Shown here piece by piece: positions 26,366 through 40,399 of a stretch of DNA of 64,000 nucleotides (the stretch's first letter is position 1; the number at the start of each line of letters is the position of its first letter). Position numbers and translations under genes: made by a program. The stretch comes from the human T2T-CHM13v2.0 reference genome, Homo sapiens. Under the pieces are notes generated by a model. That model saw only the letters and a program-made list of their open reading frames with translations. It did not search any database and was not told where the DNA came from. The stretch is taken from assembly GCF_009914755.1 (NCBI RefSeq), contig NC_060931.1; one strand, written 5' to 3'.

Positions 26366-28756
26366 TTCTTCTCTTTGACACTAACAATATTCTGTGTTCT
26401 TGTTGATGCATACAGTTCTATGGAAGAATAGAACAGGGAACCATTTTTTTTCTAAAACAGTGCAGAATAAATTATATGTTTAAAAAGGAAAATAATCTTA
26501 TTGTGTCATTCACCATGCATCAATTGTTTCCTAATAGCAATGGGATTTGAACAGAATCTTAGGATACTTAGAAATTTAACATATGGAAAAAAAAGCCATG
26601 GTATTTCAAGATAAAGTTATACCATGAGGAAAGATGCAGGCATGATTGATGAAGCATAATAGCCACTGAAGGTAGAAAAATAAATTTTGTTTGTAGTGGG
26701 TCGTCATGGTTATTGATTTTTGCTTGCTCTGTCTTTATGAACTTTAGCACTTCACATAGGGTGTGGGAGGATGACATATTCACCAATAAAAATTACAATG
26801 CAGTTTAATAAGTCTAGAATAAGTGTGCCTAAAATACAAACATAATTACCAAGGTAAGAGGCATTCACTTTTCTTGATAGAGCAATGTATTGGGTTTTGT
26901 TTTTTTTTTTAATGTGAGGATATTTGAATATTTTTATGTAGAACACAAGAGGTCTTTCCAAACAGTGGTAACATGAACAAAGACGTAATAGTTTGAAGTA
27001 GGATTTTGGATGGAGAGAATGCCTGAAATTATCTTATATGTTCAGACCATGTGTGGGATTATGGCATGGTGAGAGATGAGGACTGTCAGATAGGTAGAGT
27101 TCTGAGAAACCTGGTATTTGAGGAAATAGCATCAGATTTGTTTTAGGAAGTGTGGCAGTGTGGAGTTTGTGAAATGAGAGAGATGTAGGGCAGAGAAACC
27201 AATTAGTGGAAGATTAATACAGTAGCACAGACTTCAGATAGTGAATCTACCATTAGGAATGGGATTGGAAATATGTGATGCAAAAGTGAGTAAGAGGTAC
27301 ATGGACATATGATGGGTCATAGGAAGAGAGGTTAGTAGGTTATTGAACGACATAAAGGATGAGATGTATAGGAACAGGGTAAGAATCCAGGGTCCTCTTA
27401 AAGGGATATACCCATGGACAGCTCCAGGGAATCTTGTGGGAGTGTGGTAGCCAACTAGTGAGCACTGTGCCTCCGTTGTGCTGAGGCTCATACTATTGCT
27501 CTTCCCACTGGTGTTGAGAGCGCACCTCCCATCACCTGCAGTTAGCACATTGCTTGCTGACTCTTCAGCATAAGTGAACCCTCTTGAGCGGAAGTACATT
27601 TTCCAAGACTTTGCTTCATCCTCACTAGAGTTACCCTCATGTAGCCAATCCTTATATTGTTTCAAGACAGTCACAATCCCCAAAAAAATCAGAAGATGAA
27701 TCCTGGACCCCCCAAATGTATGAAAAGGAAAGCCTGTCTTCAACATCCCACCCAAGTATTATTAAATAATAATAATCAGTTTGAGTATTTGTCTCTGAGC
27801 CAAGACAGTGGAGAAGCACTCCTCTATTGAATTCAAATAGGAATGTATCTATTTTTTTAAAAAAAGGAGAGGATAATAACTCTGTATACTTTTAATGAAG
27901 AACCATTGATACAATATATATGAAAGCAAAGATACTTTGAAGAATTACACATAGATTTTTATTATCACTTAATTGACAATTATAATCCATGTATTTCTTT
28001 TGCTACATTATCTCCAATTAAACTGAAAAGATTTCAGAATGATAGTTAATTTGTGAATTATGCTGAATTATACCTCTTTGTTTCCTATGAGCCTTTTTCA
28101 TACTGCCTTATATTGTGGGGTTCTCAGTTTGTATTTGTTGACTCGTCATAGGAAACCTTTAAATGTGTTTGGTGGCAAAATATCTTGGAACTTAATATTA
28201 AGGAAAATGTGAAGGAAAACTTTGACTTTATCTGTCACTACTATAAATACTGAGTCATATTATAAAATGTTCAAAGAAAGTCTCTTTGACATTGCCAAGG
28301 AAATAAATACAGTGTTAGCATAAAATAATTTCTGGTTTCTGAAGAATGACACCTAATTTTAAAATCAAGTTCTAAGTTAAAAGTTAACTTGTTTTAAATT
28401 TCTTTCTTGATTTAGTCTAAGAGACACCACTTACTGGTAAAGCAAGAGTTCATAAATGGTTTGATCTCATCTCATTACATTAATTAGAAGGAGGTAGAAG
28501 ATAATTTTTACAGTTTACTTCAAAACATTTAAAAAGTTCATCAGAAGTCAATTTTCAATTTTTATGAAGAATAAGACAGAAAGAGACATGGATTCAAAAT
28601 TCCAAGCCCAATGTCTTTTATATAACTAATGATGTGATTTGACTTTGAATGCAATTTAGACTACAAATTTAATTCTCTACTAATCATTAGTCTTCATTTA
28701 AAATATTCTAATTGTGCCTGGGAGAGAAACAGGACATAACTGCTTTTTTTCTTTTT

Positions 28757-28798
28757 CACGTACACACACGTGTACACACACACACACACACACACACA
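28757..28798. repeat. (CA)n microsatellite
   Basis: cacgtacacacacgtgtacacacacacacacacacacacaca. Confidence 0.95.
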
Positions 28799-28940
28799 AT
28801 GCCTAAAAATTCCTATTCATAAAGGGGGAGAATGGAAGACACACAGTAGATCTCTGCTCATTGCAATTCTGAAATCTGACTGGCAAGACATTGTCAAGGT
28901 CTCCAACCTTGAGCATGGGATGGATGTGTATTAAACTGTC

Positions 28941-29009
28941 TTAAGCTCTATTTCATTTCCTGTATTAAGCCCTAATTCATTTTCCTGTATTAAGCTCTAA
29001 TTCATTTCC
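28941..29009. repeat. ~24-25-bp minisatellite, 3 copies
   Basis: ttaagctctatttcatttcctgta / ttaagccctaattcattttcctgta / ttaagctctaattcatttcc. Confidence 0.9.
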
Positions 29010-29989
29010 CTAGAAGGAATTATTTCATCCATTTTTCTTCATGGCTCCTCGATCCACCACCCATTTGTAAACTCATTCTAGTCCTTTTTTCTCTTTGGCC
29101 ACATCTTAAATAAGTGTTAGACAGAATACCTTCCTCTGAGCTGTGGAATATTCAGGCTGTGCTTCATGCTGGTGGAAAATTGGATTCTCAAGGTTGTTAC
29201 TATTTACTTACTTGTTTTAATTCTGAAGCAGTCAAATTTCTGACTTTTTGACAATAAAATTTTCTCAAATCAGAAGAGCTGCTGATTTGTTTTATTCTAA
29301 TTTTACATGTACCAGTAATCACATACTCAAAGTTCTTTTCCAGATGTCGTTCTCAAATTTCTCTATTTCATTGCTTTTCACCAACTTGCTTACCTGTTAC
29401 TTTAATGGTAAACACCTATTTAGGAAAATGAATGGGAAACCATGCCTAAGCTTATTAGTTTCAGATTTGATTTATTACATTTATTTGAGACATTTCACTG
29501 GATCTTGTTCAATCCTTTTAAAATTCTATCGCCAACTGCTAGGAGTCTATAAGCATCTAGCTGTCCTAACTCTGGAAAGCACAGAATTTCAGAACTCTCT
29601 TCCCTTTTATTTCAGCTTGCAAAATGGCCAATTTGTTCTTAAACTGACCTCCTCCTTTTGATGGTAATATTTTGTTAAAGTAGTCCATAATGTTCAAACT
29701 ATATTAATTCAGTATAAATATACTAATATACTAATTATACTACTATATTTTTCCAACTATATCCCCTAAAGTTTCCAGATGAATAGGAAATAGGAATAAG
29801 AATTGTCTGCTTTCAAGTTACTATATGCAAAAGTTTTATCAAGTGTTTGCTTTTGCAAAATATGGTTCATTATCTTTCTAAATTTCAATGTAAGGTTTCA
29901 AACTGTCCTTTTCCTGTTCACTAAACATATAATATATGTTTTAGGTCTTTGTTACAGCTATAGCTCTCATATAATATTGATTTATGAAT

Positions 29990-30715
29990 TAGGATAAGTT
30001 ATGCGATGGTTAAAAATAAAGCATGAAATCCTAGTGGCTTAGTAACAACAATGTTTATTTCTTGCTCTTGTCAAGATTGTATTGGTCTAGTGTGTATTGG
30101 AATTGACAGTCTTTGGCAATTGTCATGGACTGCATGTTTGTGCCTCCTTGCCAAACCCAAACGTTGAAATCCTAACCTCCAATGTGATGGCAAGGCCTTT
30201 GGGAAGTGATTGGGTCATGAGAAAGGAGCCCTCATGAATGGGATTCGTGTCTTTATAAGAAGAGGCCAGAAAGCTAGCTCATTCCTTTTCTACCATGTGA
30301 GGATACAATGAGATGTTGGTAGTTTACAACCTGGAGGCAGGTCCTTTTTATAATCCAATGATGTTGGCACCATGATCTCCGATTTCCAGCATCCAGAACT
30401 ACGAAAAATTAATTTTTGTTGATTGTAAGTAACTCAGTCTGTGATATTTTGTTAGAGTAGCCTAAACTGACAGCAGTTTACCTTCAAGCAAGTACTCAGA
30501 AATTCAGTCTCTTTTCAGGTTACAATCCTGGTAATTTAAACTCATGGCTCCTAAAAAGGATCAAAAAGGGACCCTGGAGACAGACCAGAAAGTATATATA
30601 TTATTGTCATCCACTTCCATTGATCAGAAGCAAGAAATGTACTCAATCCAGCTGTAAGAATTTGGAGTCATTCTGTGTTTCCCAAAAGGAGAATTTGATG
30701 AACATCTAGGCATTA
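29990..30715 (-). mobile_element. Old MLT1 (J/K-like) LTR interrupted by MLT1A
   Basis: taggataagttatgcg...aaatcctagtggcttagtaacaacaatgtttatttcttgctc; resumes after 30477. Confidence 0.5.
30121..30472 (+). mobile_element. MLT1A-like solo LTR
   Basis: tgtcatggactgcatgtttgtg...gttgaaatcctaacctccaatgtgatgg...ccctcatgaatgggatt...aactgaca; TSD gcaat/gcagt. Confidence 0.85.
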
Positions 30716-32498
30716 TGTGGAATATTATCTCCTGCTGTTATTTTTTTTTTCAAATATATGAAAAGGATCTCAATATATAGTGTGACAAATGCTTATTAAA
30801 GATTATCTAATTAATTAAAGAGACCATCCATCTTCACCTCTCACCAACCGTCTTTGAAATAATATCACTCTTCCAATTTCCTAAAAATAAAACAACTTTT
30901 CCATTATTCCTAGTGACATCAATTTTCATTTTGTGTACTGCTCTCTTTCAGCATATCATTGTGAACACTTACTTGGCCTTATTGCTTAACAAATTCTCTT
31001 GCATTTGGGGAAAGAAGATTTCACCTTACTTTCTTCTGTAAAACTTCAGAGTTTCCAAGTGGGAAATTCCTAGGAAAAATGTATGCCTGTTTAAGGATAG
31101 ATTCCTTAACCCCTTGCTCCTTTTTCTTCATTACAGGGAATAAATAATTTTATAGTAACAGTAATCATCAACTGTTTTGATTTGCCATGACCAAAGCAAG
31201 TGCTGGACAGCATTCAGTCCCCAAGGTTTTGAGTAATATGGGAGTATCCTTTGGAAATGATTGCTAGATTTAGTTTATCTTACTCCCACTAGAGTCTGAG
31301 GTCTGGGAAATGCCAGGGATTGAGTCACCAATCAGTCATCATTATAATTTTGAGATCTGAATCTTTGTTACTCCCATAAGACAGTAAAGGTCACCCGCAG
31401 AGTGTGAATCCTCATAACTGCAAGTCTGTAAATTACCTTTAGTGTAGGGCCTTAGAGATATTGACGGAAATGGGAGCATCAGTCTGGGTCTAAATCTGTT
31501 CAAACTTTCTGGTTTCTGTTGCATATTCTAATTATGATTCAAACTTCTGTATTTTGGCTTGTGGAATGGAATTCCCAAGAATTTCTCAGTTTTCTGGTAG
31601 CAATTACTGAATACCAGCAATCCCAAAGTAAGTAAGTCTGCTTACTTGCAAGATCCCAGGTAGACACCTAGGGAATCAGGACTCTCTTGGTGGCACAGGA
31701 CAGATATACCCTAATCTTGGTTGCACTGAACTCTTCTCTTTCCAAAGGACTCTTATTTCATTGCTTACTCCTGAGACTGGTGTAAATACATAAATGTGTT
31801 GGTGTGTATATATATGTATGTGTGTATATATGTGCATGTGTGTGTGTACACCATTTTTTCAACAGATTGAAAATCATAGTAAAAGGGTACACTTGGGTTT
31901 GATCTCAAATGATTACTTCATCTTAGGCCCTAAATTCCAGAAGATTACTCCCGAACTGTAATAATTGTAAACCAAAGAGCTCTGTGTTTTTCTCAATATG
32001 ATTTAAAAAACTCCAAAAAATAAATAATTACCAAAAAGTATAAATTTTACTGACATTTCTTTTAAAAAATAATAAAGGGAACGGCCATGCCAATCTGGGC
32101 TGGGCCTAAGAGAACAATTGCAGATATGTTAAGTTTTTCGATGCATGATTAGATGCTTATCAAAAATGAGAAATGATAGGGTTTTAATTTTTTTTATTTT
32201 TAAGTGGAAGATTTTATTATTATCATTTTTACTATTTTCACTTCTGGCTTTTTAACTTTTAACTCATGTTACATACTTTAATACATCATTTTACAGTGCA
32301 GGTATATGAGACTTGTATTCTGAGACTATGAAAGCTTTTAAACCTAGCTTTACTAGAGATCATAATATACTTAGTGATCTGGAATGTTTCATAAAAATAA
32401 AACTCCATATACTTTTATGTTTGCAAAATGCATAGAATTTTTGCAAATTCAATTATATGCATCAATTTATCTTCTAAGAATTCCCTATCTTGTTAATA

Positions 32499-33148
<650 letters not shown>

Positions 33149-34274
33149 TATATGTCTACCTTGCCAGATTTAAAAAAAAAATGTGCTGGAGTATCACCAT
33201 ACTTATGGACTGTGATGGCTTTCTGCATCTATGAATGGAATAGTCAATATCAATAGTATGCCATTAAATAAGACCTCCTTCCACACCAATGAACTTAACA
33301 TTGGCTTCTCTTTAATGCTAGTAAATCAAAACAAAATGAAAGCGATTTTCGACGTTTATATCTGTTGCACATTTTTAAGAATACTGATGTCAAAAGCAAC
33401 ATATTTCCTAGAGAAATACCTTTCACTGGGAAAGTATGGGCATGGCATAAGAGTCTATGTTAATATTATTCTTTCAAGTGTTTTCAATGTATATAAACAT
33501 GACCTTTTATTGACTCATTGAAGACTCCTAATGGAAATCTTATAGAACATGTTACAATAACTGATCTTTAGGGATTCAAGTTGGTAATTACTCAACTAAA
33601 TAAAGTGATTGCTTTTCTAATCTGCTCTTGTAATGTTTAGTTAATATGTTCAAAACAAAGCACATAGTGGCACTATTTCTTGTTTCCTTTTTCTTATGAG
33701 ACTCATGGGACTATTAATGAATTCCAACAGAGCTATTATAAACTGGATCTTATAAATGCATTATGTTTGAAGTTCTGTGCAAATATCACAAATGTGAAGC
33801 AGAGAAAACATTTTAAAATATTATTCTAATATTTCAATAGGCGGAGCAATTTTTAAATACTCTGAGAAAGAGCATGTTTCCTCCATGATTTTAAATGTAT
33901 AGTGGAAAGCTGTGCTTCCCCATTAGGCCAAGAAAGCATAAAATACTCCGTTTGGAAACAAAACCATCACAGATACTCTTCTTTCCTATCTGACAGAGAG
34001 ACACATTCTGGAGACTTCAGGTATCAGTACAGAGTGCATATTTCTTTTAATGAATATTCTGGAAATATATCCTCCCTGTCACTGAAGATCCAATATCAAA
34101 GTAAAGGTACAAGTTGGGTGAAGCTGAAGAGTTTTGGCTCACATAGCTAGAGTGGAAGAACCCCATAGGGAGGCTGTGAATGTATTCTGACACTTGTTCA
34201 GAGGTACAAAAAATAAAATAAAAAGTTTGCTTTGGTAAACTCCAGACATATGGTGACAGAGATAAAACATAATA

Positions 34275-34376
34275 TTAGCTTGGTGCAAAATTAATTACTT
34301 TTTTTGACATTACTTTTCATTAAAAAGTAATGAAAAGTAATGGCAAAAACCACATTTACTTTTGCAACCAACCTAA
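34275..34376. mobile_element. MADE1 (Hsmar1-derived MITE) with an expanded palindromic centre
   Basis: ta|ttagcttggtgcaaaa...atggcaaaaaccacatttacttttgcaaccaacctaa|ta; TIRs plus TA TSD. Confidence 0.9.
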
Positions 34377-34499
34377 TAGCAAGCACAGGTAAATATCTAT
34401 AATTTGACTCCCGAGACGGGGGCTTTCGCTCAGGATTACTCTGGAAAATCTGGAAAGTTACTATCAGTGTATTCTCTCTCAGTACTACTGGCTCAGGGA

Positions 34500-34835
34500 A
34501 CCTAACTGTCATGTTTCCAGGGCTTTGGGCTCTCTTCTCATATGTGTTTTCATAAGAAATCTCATTTACTCATGTGATTCTTATTACTACATATAAACTC
34601 ATGGGTTGCAACCTTTCCCTGTCTCTGAACTCCAGACTATGCCTTTTTATTGGTGTCTCACAGTACTTCAAAATGAATATGCCTAAAACTGAATTCCTTG
34701 TCTTCATGTCTTCATCTCATTAAACACCCCGCCACTTGTTCAGCATTCAGCTTTCGGCGTCTTTTATACTACTTAACTCTGAGGGTAGCAGAGCCATGTA
34801 TACAGTCACTTAAGTACAAAAAATAAATTAATGAA
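34500..34835 (+). mobile_element. L2 fragments
   Basis: tctcatttactcatg...ctctgaactccagact...ttcaaaatgaatatgcctaaaactgaattcct. Confidence 0.6.
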
Positions 34836-35411
34836 GAAAAAAGTTCAAGACTGTAGAATTTTTAAAAAGTGATTGTTTTGGTGTGTGATAAAGATATATT
34901 GTATTTATATAAAAGATGTTCAAAATTTATGGACAGTGCAGAGATTCTAAGATATATGAGACAATCTGTTGACAAATATTAAACTAATGCACTTTAATCC
35001 CTGCCAAAACCTGTTCTTGAAAGTTCTCACCCTAATATAAATTCCAATGTTTGCCTCTCCAAAGCAAGGGCTGACGGGCAGTTGACCTCCTTGGCGAGAC
35101 AAGACTTTAAGCCAGACTTCTATCTTCAGATAGGATTTTCTAAAGCCTTTCTCTTTTCTTTTAGCATGTGAAGAATCAAGCCTGGAGGGTTCAACTCAAA
35201 ACTTTCTCCCTTAGTATGGAAAATATACAATTGAGTTTAAGGCTTTCTGTTTTTTATTGGCAGGTGGTTATAAAGTGCTTGAAGAAGCCCATTCTGATCA
35301 CAGAGATTGGTGCAGAAAATAGGAGTGAGACAGAGATGAAGAGGAATATTTAGTATTCACATGCATGCAGCCAAAGTTTGTTCTCTGGGTGTTTATGGGA
35401 GTATAGCATAA

Positions 35412-35880
35412 GGTCTAAGATTAAGAGCCAGTATTATGTGTGCTTAACATTTGGGGAAAACTGAGAGGGACTTGAATGACCTAACGTCAAGTTGCCCTTC
35501 CCACTCTGCTCCTGTGGATAAGGTCCTGTAGCCAAACAACCCTCCTTATCACAAGGACCAGGCATAGTTCCTGCTTATTTCTGAGTATCTGGCTTCAGTC
35601 TTCCTGCTAGATCACCAAATTATTCAAATAAAGCAATCATGCTCTCCCACTGGAGTCTGGTGGCACCTCACCCTCTTGACATTATAAAACCTGCCTCCCA
35701 TGACCTCTCGCAACACCCCCAGTGGCCCTGTGTGGTGTGTAGGATCCTTTTCCACCAGGCTATGAATCTATGGAACTAATAACCTGCTGTCAATCTCACC
35801 TAGTCAGTTTTGGATATTATGTATTCAGCCATTCCCATAATCTTAGGAGGATCTCTCCTGTACCAAAAAGATGAAGAGGA
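35412..35880 (+). mobile_element. ERVL-class solo LTR (MER54/MER74/LTR53-like; exact family uncertain)
   Basis: ggataaggtcc..tagccaaacaaccctccttatc...gaccaggcatagttcctgcttat...cacctcaccctcttg...taataacctgctgtcaatctc. Confidence 0.55.
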
Positions 35881-35887
35881 TGGTGGT

Positions 35888-36344
<457 letters not shown>

Positions 36345-36970
36345 CTACCCAATGCCTTGCCCATAGTACAGTTTTAGTATTTAGTACTTATTGATTTAAT
36401 AATTGAAATACTGTATGACATGCTGTAAATAGAAAGGAAAGGAAATGACCAATGTTGCAGATTTAGGAGTTGAATTAGGAGAAAAGACCATAATGGAACA
36501 GCTAACGACAAAATCAAAGAATCACATGGAGGTTGGTGTTGCGGGATTCACAGGCAAAACCACATTGGAATGCACTTCTCTACCCTTTTCAGTAAATCAC
36601 AATATGGTTACTTCCTTCTTTTTCTTCAATCTAAAATTCTTTTCTCTTTCTGATATTATCAATGGGAACATAAAAAACTTTGTGAGAGGAATGGAGGCAA
36701 AATACTTCCTTGAAATTGTCTCTCTGATTTTCTTTACCTTTAAGGTCTTTCCTTTCCCCTCTCCTCGTCTCTTTACCAACAGCCAATGGAAAGCCATTTA
36801 GCTGGATTGGTCTTTATCCTCATTTTACCTGATGGCGTTTGTTGGAAACTTTTTTGGTGGGGGTGGGGAGTGTTAATTTTATATTATTATGTGTAAGTTA
36901 TTTTTCACTATCCACTTTAAATATAATTAGATAACACTTTTTTAAAAGCCAGTTCCAGCTTTGCTAATTC

Positions 36971-37112
36971 TTTTTTTTTTTTTTTTTTTTTTTTTTGAGA
37001 CAGGGTCTCACTATGTTGTCCTGGCTGGCCTTGAACTGCTGAGCTCAAAGAATCTCCTCGACTCAGCCTCCTGAGTAACTGGGCCTGCAGGTTTGTGCCA
37101 CCAGGCCTGGCT
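36971..37112 (-). mobile_element. Alu monomer (FLAM_A-like)
   Basis: T26 tail; single arm; degenerate TSD gctttgctaatt/gctttgccaact. Confidence 0.85.
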
Positions 37113-37261
37113 GGCTTTGCCAACTTTTTAATGTACTATCAATTCTAGAGAAGTATTACTATATAACAAAATTTAATAATAAATATAGCTTTAAATTTTA
37201 TTCATCAGAATTTTGAGCATGGTAAGTGTATAGTTATTTTCATATGAATTTAAATATTAGA

Positions 37262-37418
37262 TGTTGGAGGAAGGATAAGATCAGGAGAAATAACTAATGG
37301 GTACAAGGATTAATACCTGGGTGGCAAAACAATCTGTGCAACAAACCCTCGTGACCTGAGTTTACTTATGTAACAAACCTGTACATGTACCCCTGAACTT
37401 AAAATAAAAGTGAAAAAA
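37262..37418 (+). mobile_element. L1PA (about PA13) extreme 3' end
   Basis: aataactaatgggtac...tgtaacaaacctgtacatgtacccctgaacttaaaataaaagt. Confidence 0.85.
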
Positions 37419-37542
37419 GTTAAATCTTTATAAAAATTGGGTGGGGTCAAATTGACAAGAACTTCATAACTATTTTAATATTTTTATAATCTAGGCTATA
37501 TAATTTCCAAGACTATCCACGAAAGTAAAAGGAATGCCTACC

Positions 37543-37856
37543 TTTTTTTTTTTTTTGAGACAGTGTTTTGCTATTGTTGCCCAGGCTGAAGCGATCATGC
37601 AGTGGCATGATCTCGGCTCACTGCAACCTCCGCAGCCAGGGTTGAAACGATTCTCCTGCCTCAGCCTCCCAAGTAGCTGGGATTATAGGCACCTGCCACC
37701 ACACCCAGGTAATTTTTTTTTTTTTTTTGTATTTTTGGTAGAGACTGGGATTCACCATTTTGGCCAGGCTGGTCTCAAACTTCTGACCTCAAGCGATCCG
37801 CCCGCCTCGGCCCCGCAAAGTGCTGGGATTACGGGCATGAGCCACTGTGCCCGGCC
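37543..37856 (-). mobile_element. AluS
   Basis: Full antisense dimer; short TSD cctac. Confidence 0.93.
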
Positions 37857-38493
37857 CCTACATTTCTTAACTTAGGTATAGAGAAAAAAAATCCTTCAAG
37901 CATGACACAAACTCACACATACACAAATGCACACACTCCTGCTTACAAAGTAGATATTTAATTCTCTATCATTTACCAAATTTTTAAATCAAAGTCAGCA
38001 TTATTTTTCCACATCTTATTAAAGAATTTAGTGTTTGATGGAAATTTGGGGCAATAATTATATTTCTACATATATTATGAAATAAATTCAGTGAATATCA
38101 TTTGTTTTCGCATCAAAAACTATCAAAATTAGCTTTTTTCTTTGAATAAACTGAAAACAAATGGTTACAGATCCTACCATAACCACACGAGACTGCTTTT
38201 GTACATATAGTGTTATCCTTTGAGATCCCTAAGTTTCTACAAACCACGTCATATGTACCTCAGTGTGTTCTGAAAGGAAACGAAATTAAAAAAAAAAATC
38301 CATGGAGTATCTAACTACGCTTCTTGTTAAACAATCACTGTTAGTACAGTATGTAATTTTTAAAACAGTTGAGTACTTTTCTTAAAAATGTCAACTTTTG
38401 AAATTATTATATGTGGAGCCATTTTCAAGTAGAAGCTGACCTTGGCAATTCTCATATGGCCCTGCCCTTGTCTGATTTTTTAAAAATATAATA

Positions 38494-38809
38494 TTTTCTT
38501 TCTTTCTTTCTTTCTTTTTATAAATTTTTGAGACAGGGTCTCACTCTATCACCCAGGCTGGAGTGCAGTGACACAATCATAGCTCACTGCAGCTGTGATC
38601 TCCCGCACAATCGATCCTCCCACCTCAGATTCCTGAGTAGCTGGGACTACAGGTGTATGCCACAACATCTGGCTAATTTTTGTATTTTTTAGTAGAGATG
38701 GGGTTTCACCATGTTGCCCAGGCTGGTCTCAGGGTCCTGGGCTTAAGTGATCCTCCCACCTTGGCTTTCCAAACTGTTGGATTACAGGTGTGAGCCACCA
38801 TGCCTGGCT
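38494..38809 (-). mobile_element. AluJ with (TTTC)n tail
   Basis: gagacagggtctcactctatcacccaggctgg...; tataata on both flanks. Confidence 0.9.
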
Positions 38810-40298
38810 TATAATAGTTATTTTAGTACCTGTCTAATTCTTTGCAAGCAGGGAATTTTTTATTTGCAAGCATGGGTTTGTATTCATATTTACTTTCCTG
38901 TGCTGTGTAATACTCTTCTTGACACACAGTAGCTTCTCAATATATATTTGTTTGTATTGAATTTGGTTTATCGACATTGCAAGTTTGAAGTTATGGTATT
39001 TCCAGTTGTCTGTTTCTCATATTGTAGGAGAAATAGAATGAGACTCACATTTATCACAATAATCAAGGGACTAATCAGCTCTTGTTGCTAAGGGATAACA
39101 CTTGCTGGACAGACTGGTTAGCTTAAAAATGGAACCAAATATTTTTGGGGGTATTTTATCTTGTGTTTAATAGGAGGATACATATAGAGAAGGCTACTCG
39201 CTTTTAGATAATATATCTTAATTCACATCACTGTCGTTTTTATGTGACTAATATTAAAATATAAACTGTCATTTTGTACATTATATTGACAGACTCATCA
39301 GACTTTTAAAGATTAGTTTATTTTGATATTTGTAGAAAAAATGGAGTCTAGTAAAGAATACATTTTCATATTTCAAGTTTTAATTAATTGCTAAGTGCTT
39401 TACTTATGAATTTTATGAATATTTTAACCGTTTTATAAATTTTCTAATATGTGCCATAAAAAATTGATTTTTTAAATCTTGATGCTCACATGGTTATCAT
39501 TTAGATTAGATCAATATTTTTGTTTTTTATATCTAGTGCATATTTTAAAAATATAATTATTCTTGCTACTCCTTTTTTAAATTCTGATTTTACTAAATAC
39601 AATATATTTAAATTATATACAAATCAGGTAAAGAGGTGCCTCAAAGTATGGATGGAAGAAACTGAAAACCTTTAGAATACTAAATTAATTGCACATTTAT
39701 TTGTGACAACAACTGTTTATAATATCATTGGTAGGCATAAAGAATGTCACTAGGTCCTCCCCGCAGTGCAGGCCAGAATGGCTAATGACTCCCATAAGAA
39801 AATGTTTCTGAAAATAGTAATTCACTTCTGTAAGGAGCAAAAGTAAAGAAAAACAAAAACTGTATATTCTTGTCTATTTAATTGCCTTTTTTTTCCCTTT
39901 TTAAGAAGTAGCTGTAAAATAGTGAGTGGGTTTAAGAGAACAAGCTAATTTAAGAAGGAAAAAAAAGGCACTTGGATTGAAATACCTTGAATCCCCATCA
40001 AAAATTTTAGTATTTACATTCTTTTTCCTTATTTGGTGACCTTCAGATTTAACTATTATAGTAAAATCCTACAAAAATGGGAAAGTTGCAATAGGAAATT
40101 ACTACTAAAATCCTTTAAAAGGTAATAGAACCTCTCTCACTATTTTTTAAAACTTACAGTATTGTTTGATTTTTCTCATAGCTTTTCTGTTGGTTCTGTG
40201 AGGAGTGTTTTGTATTTTTTTTCTTCTTCCCCTCCTTTTTCTTTCATGCTCAAAAGCAGTGTAGCATATGCCAATTTCCACTCCACCTGCCTTCTTAC

Positions 40299-40399
40299 CT
40301 GTGGTGATATCAGCCTCCAAGGCTATAGTTGCTCCCATGAACTGTGCTTAGACTGTAGAGACATCGTCTCAGAAGTGCTGATGCCATATTCCATGACTC
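40299..40399 (-). other. Candidate non-coding exon on the minus strand
   Basis: Minus strand: ctctggtattttcAG|GAGTC...ACCACAG|GTAAGA; 101 nt; stops in all three frames. Confidence 0.3.

Noticed and set aside
27234-27755. Longest ORF (173 aa, minus strand)
   Set aside because: Non-ATG start, no recognisable domain, partly overlaps purine-rich L2-like sequence, no supporting exon structure.
28941-29009. CRISPR-like or other repeat-spacer array (also 49441-49524)
   Set aside because: Head-to-tail minisatellites without unique spacers, in primate DNA.
29248-29661. 137-aa ORF
   Set aside because: F/L/S-rich translation of T-rich DNA; non-ATG start.
35274-35353. Strong + strand acceptor ttttttattggcAG
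   Set aside because: No convincing donor or recognisable peptide; acceptor-like tracts are common here.
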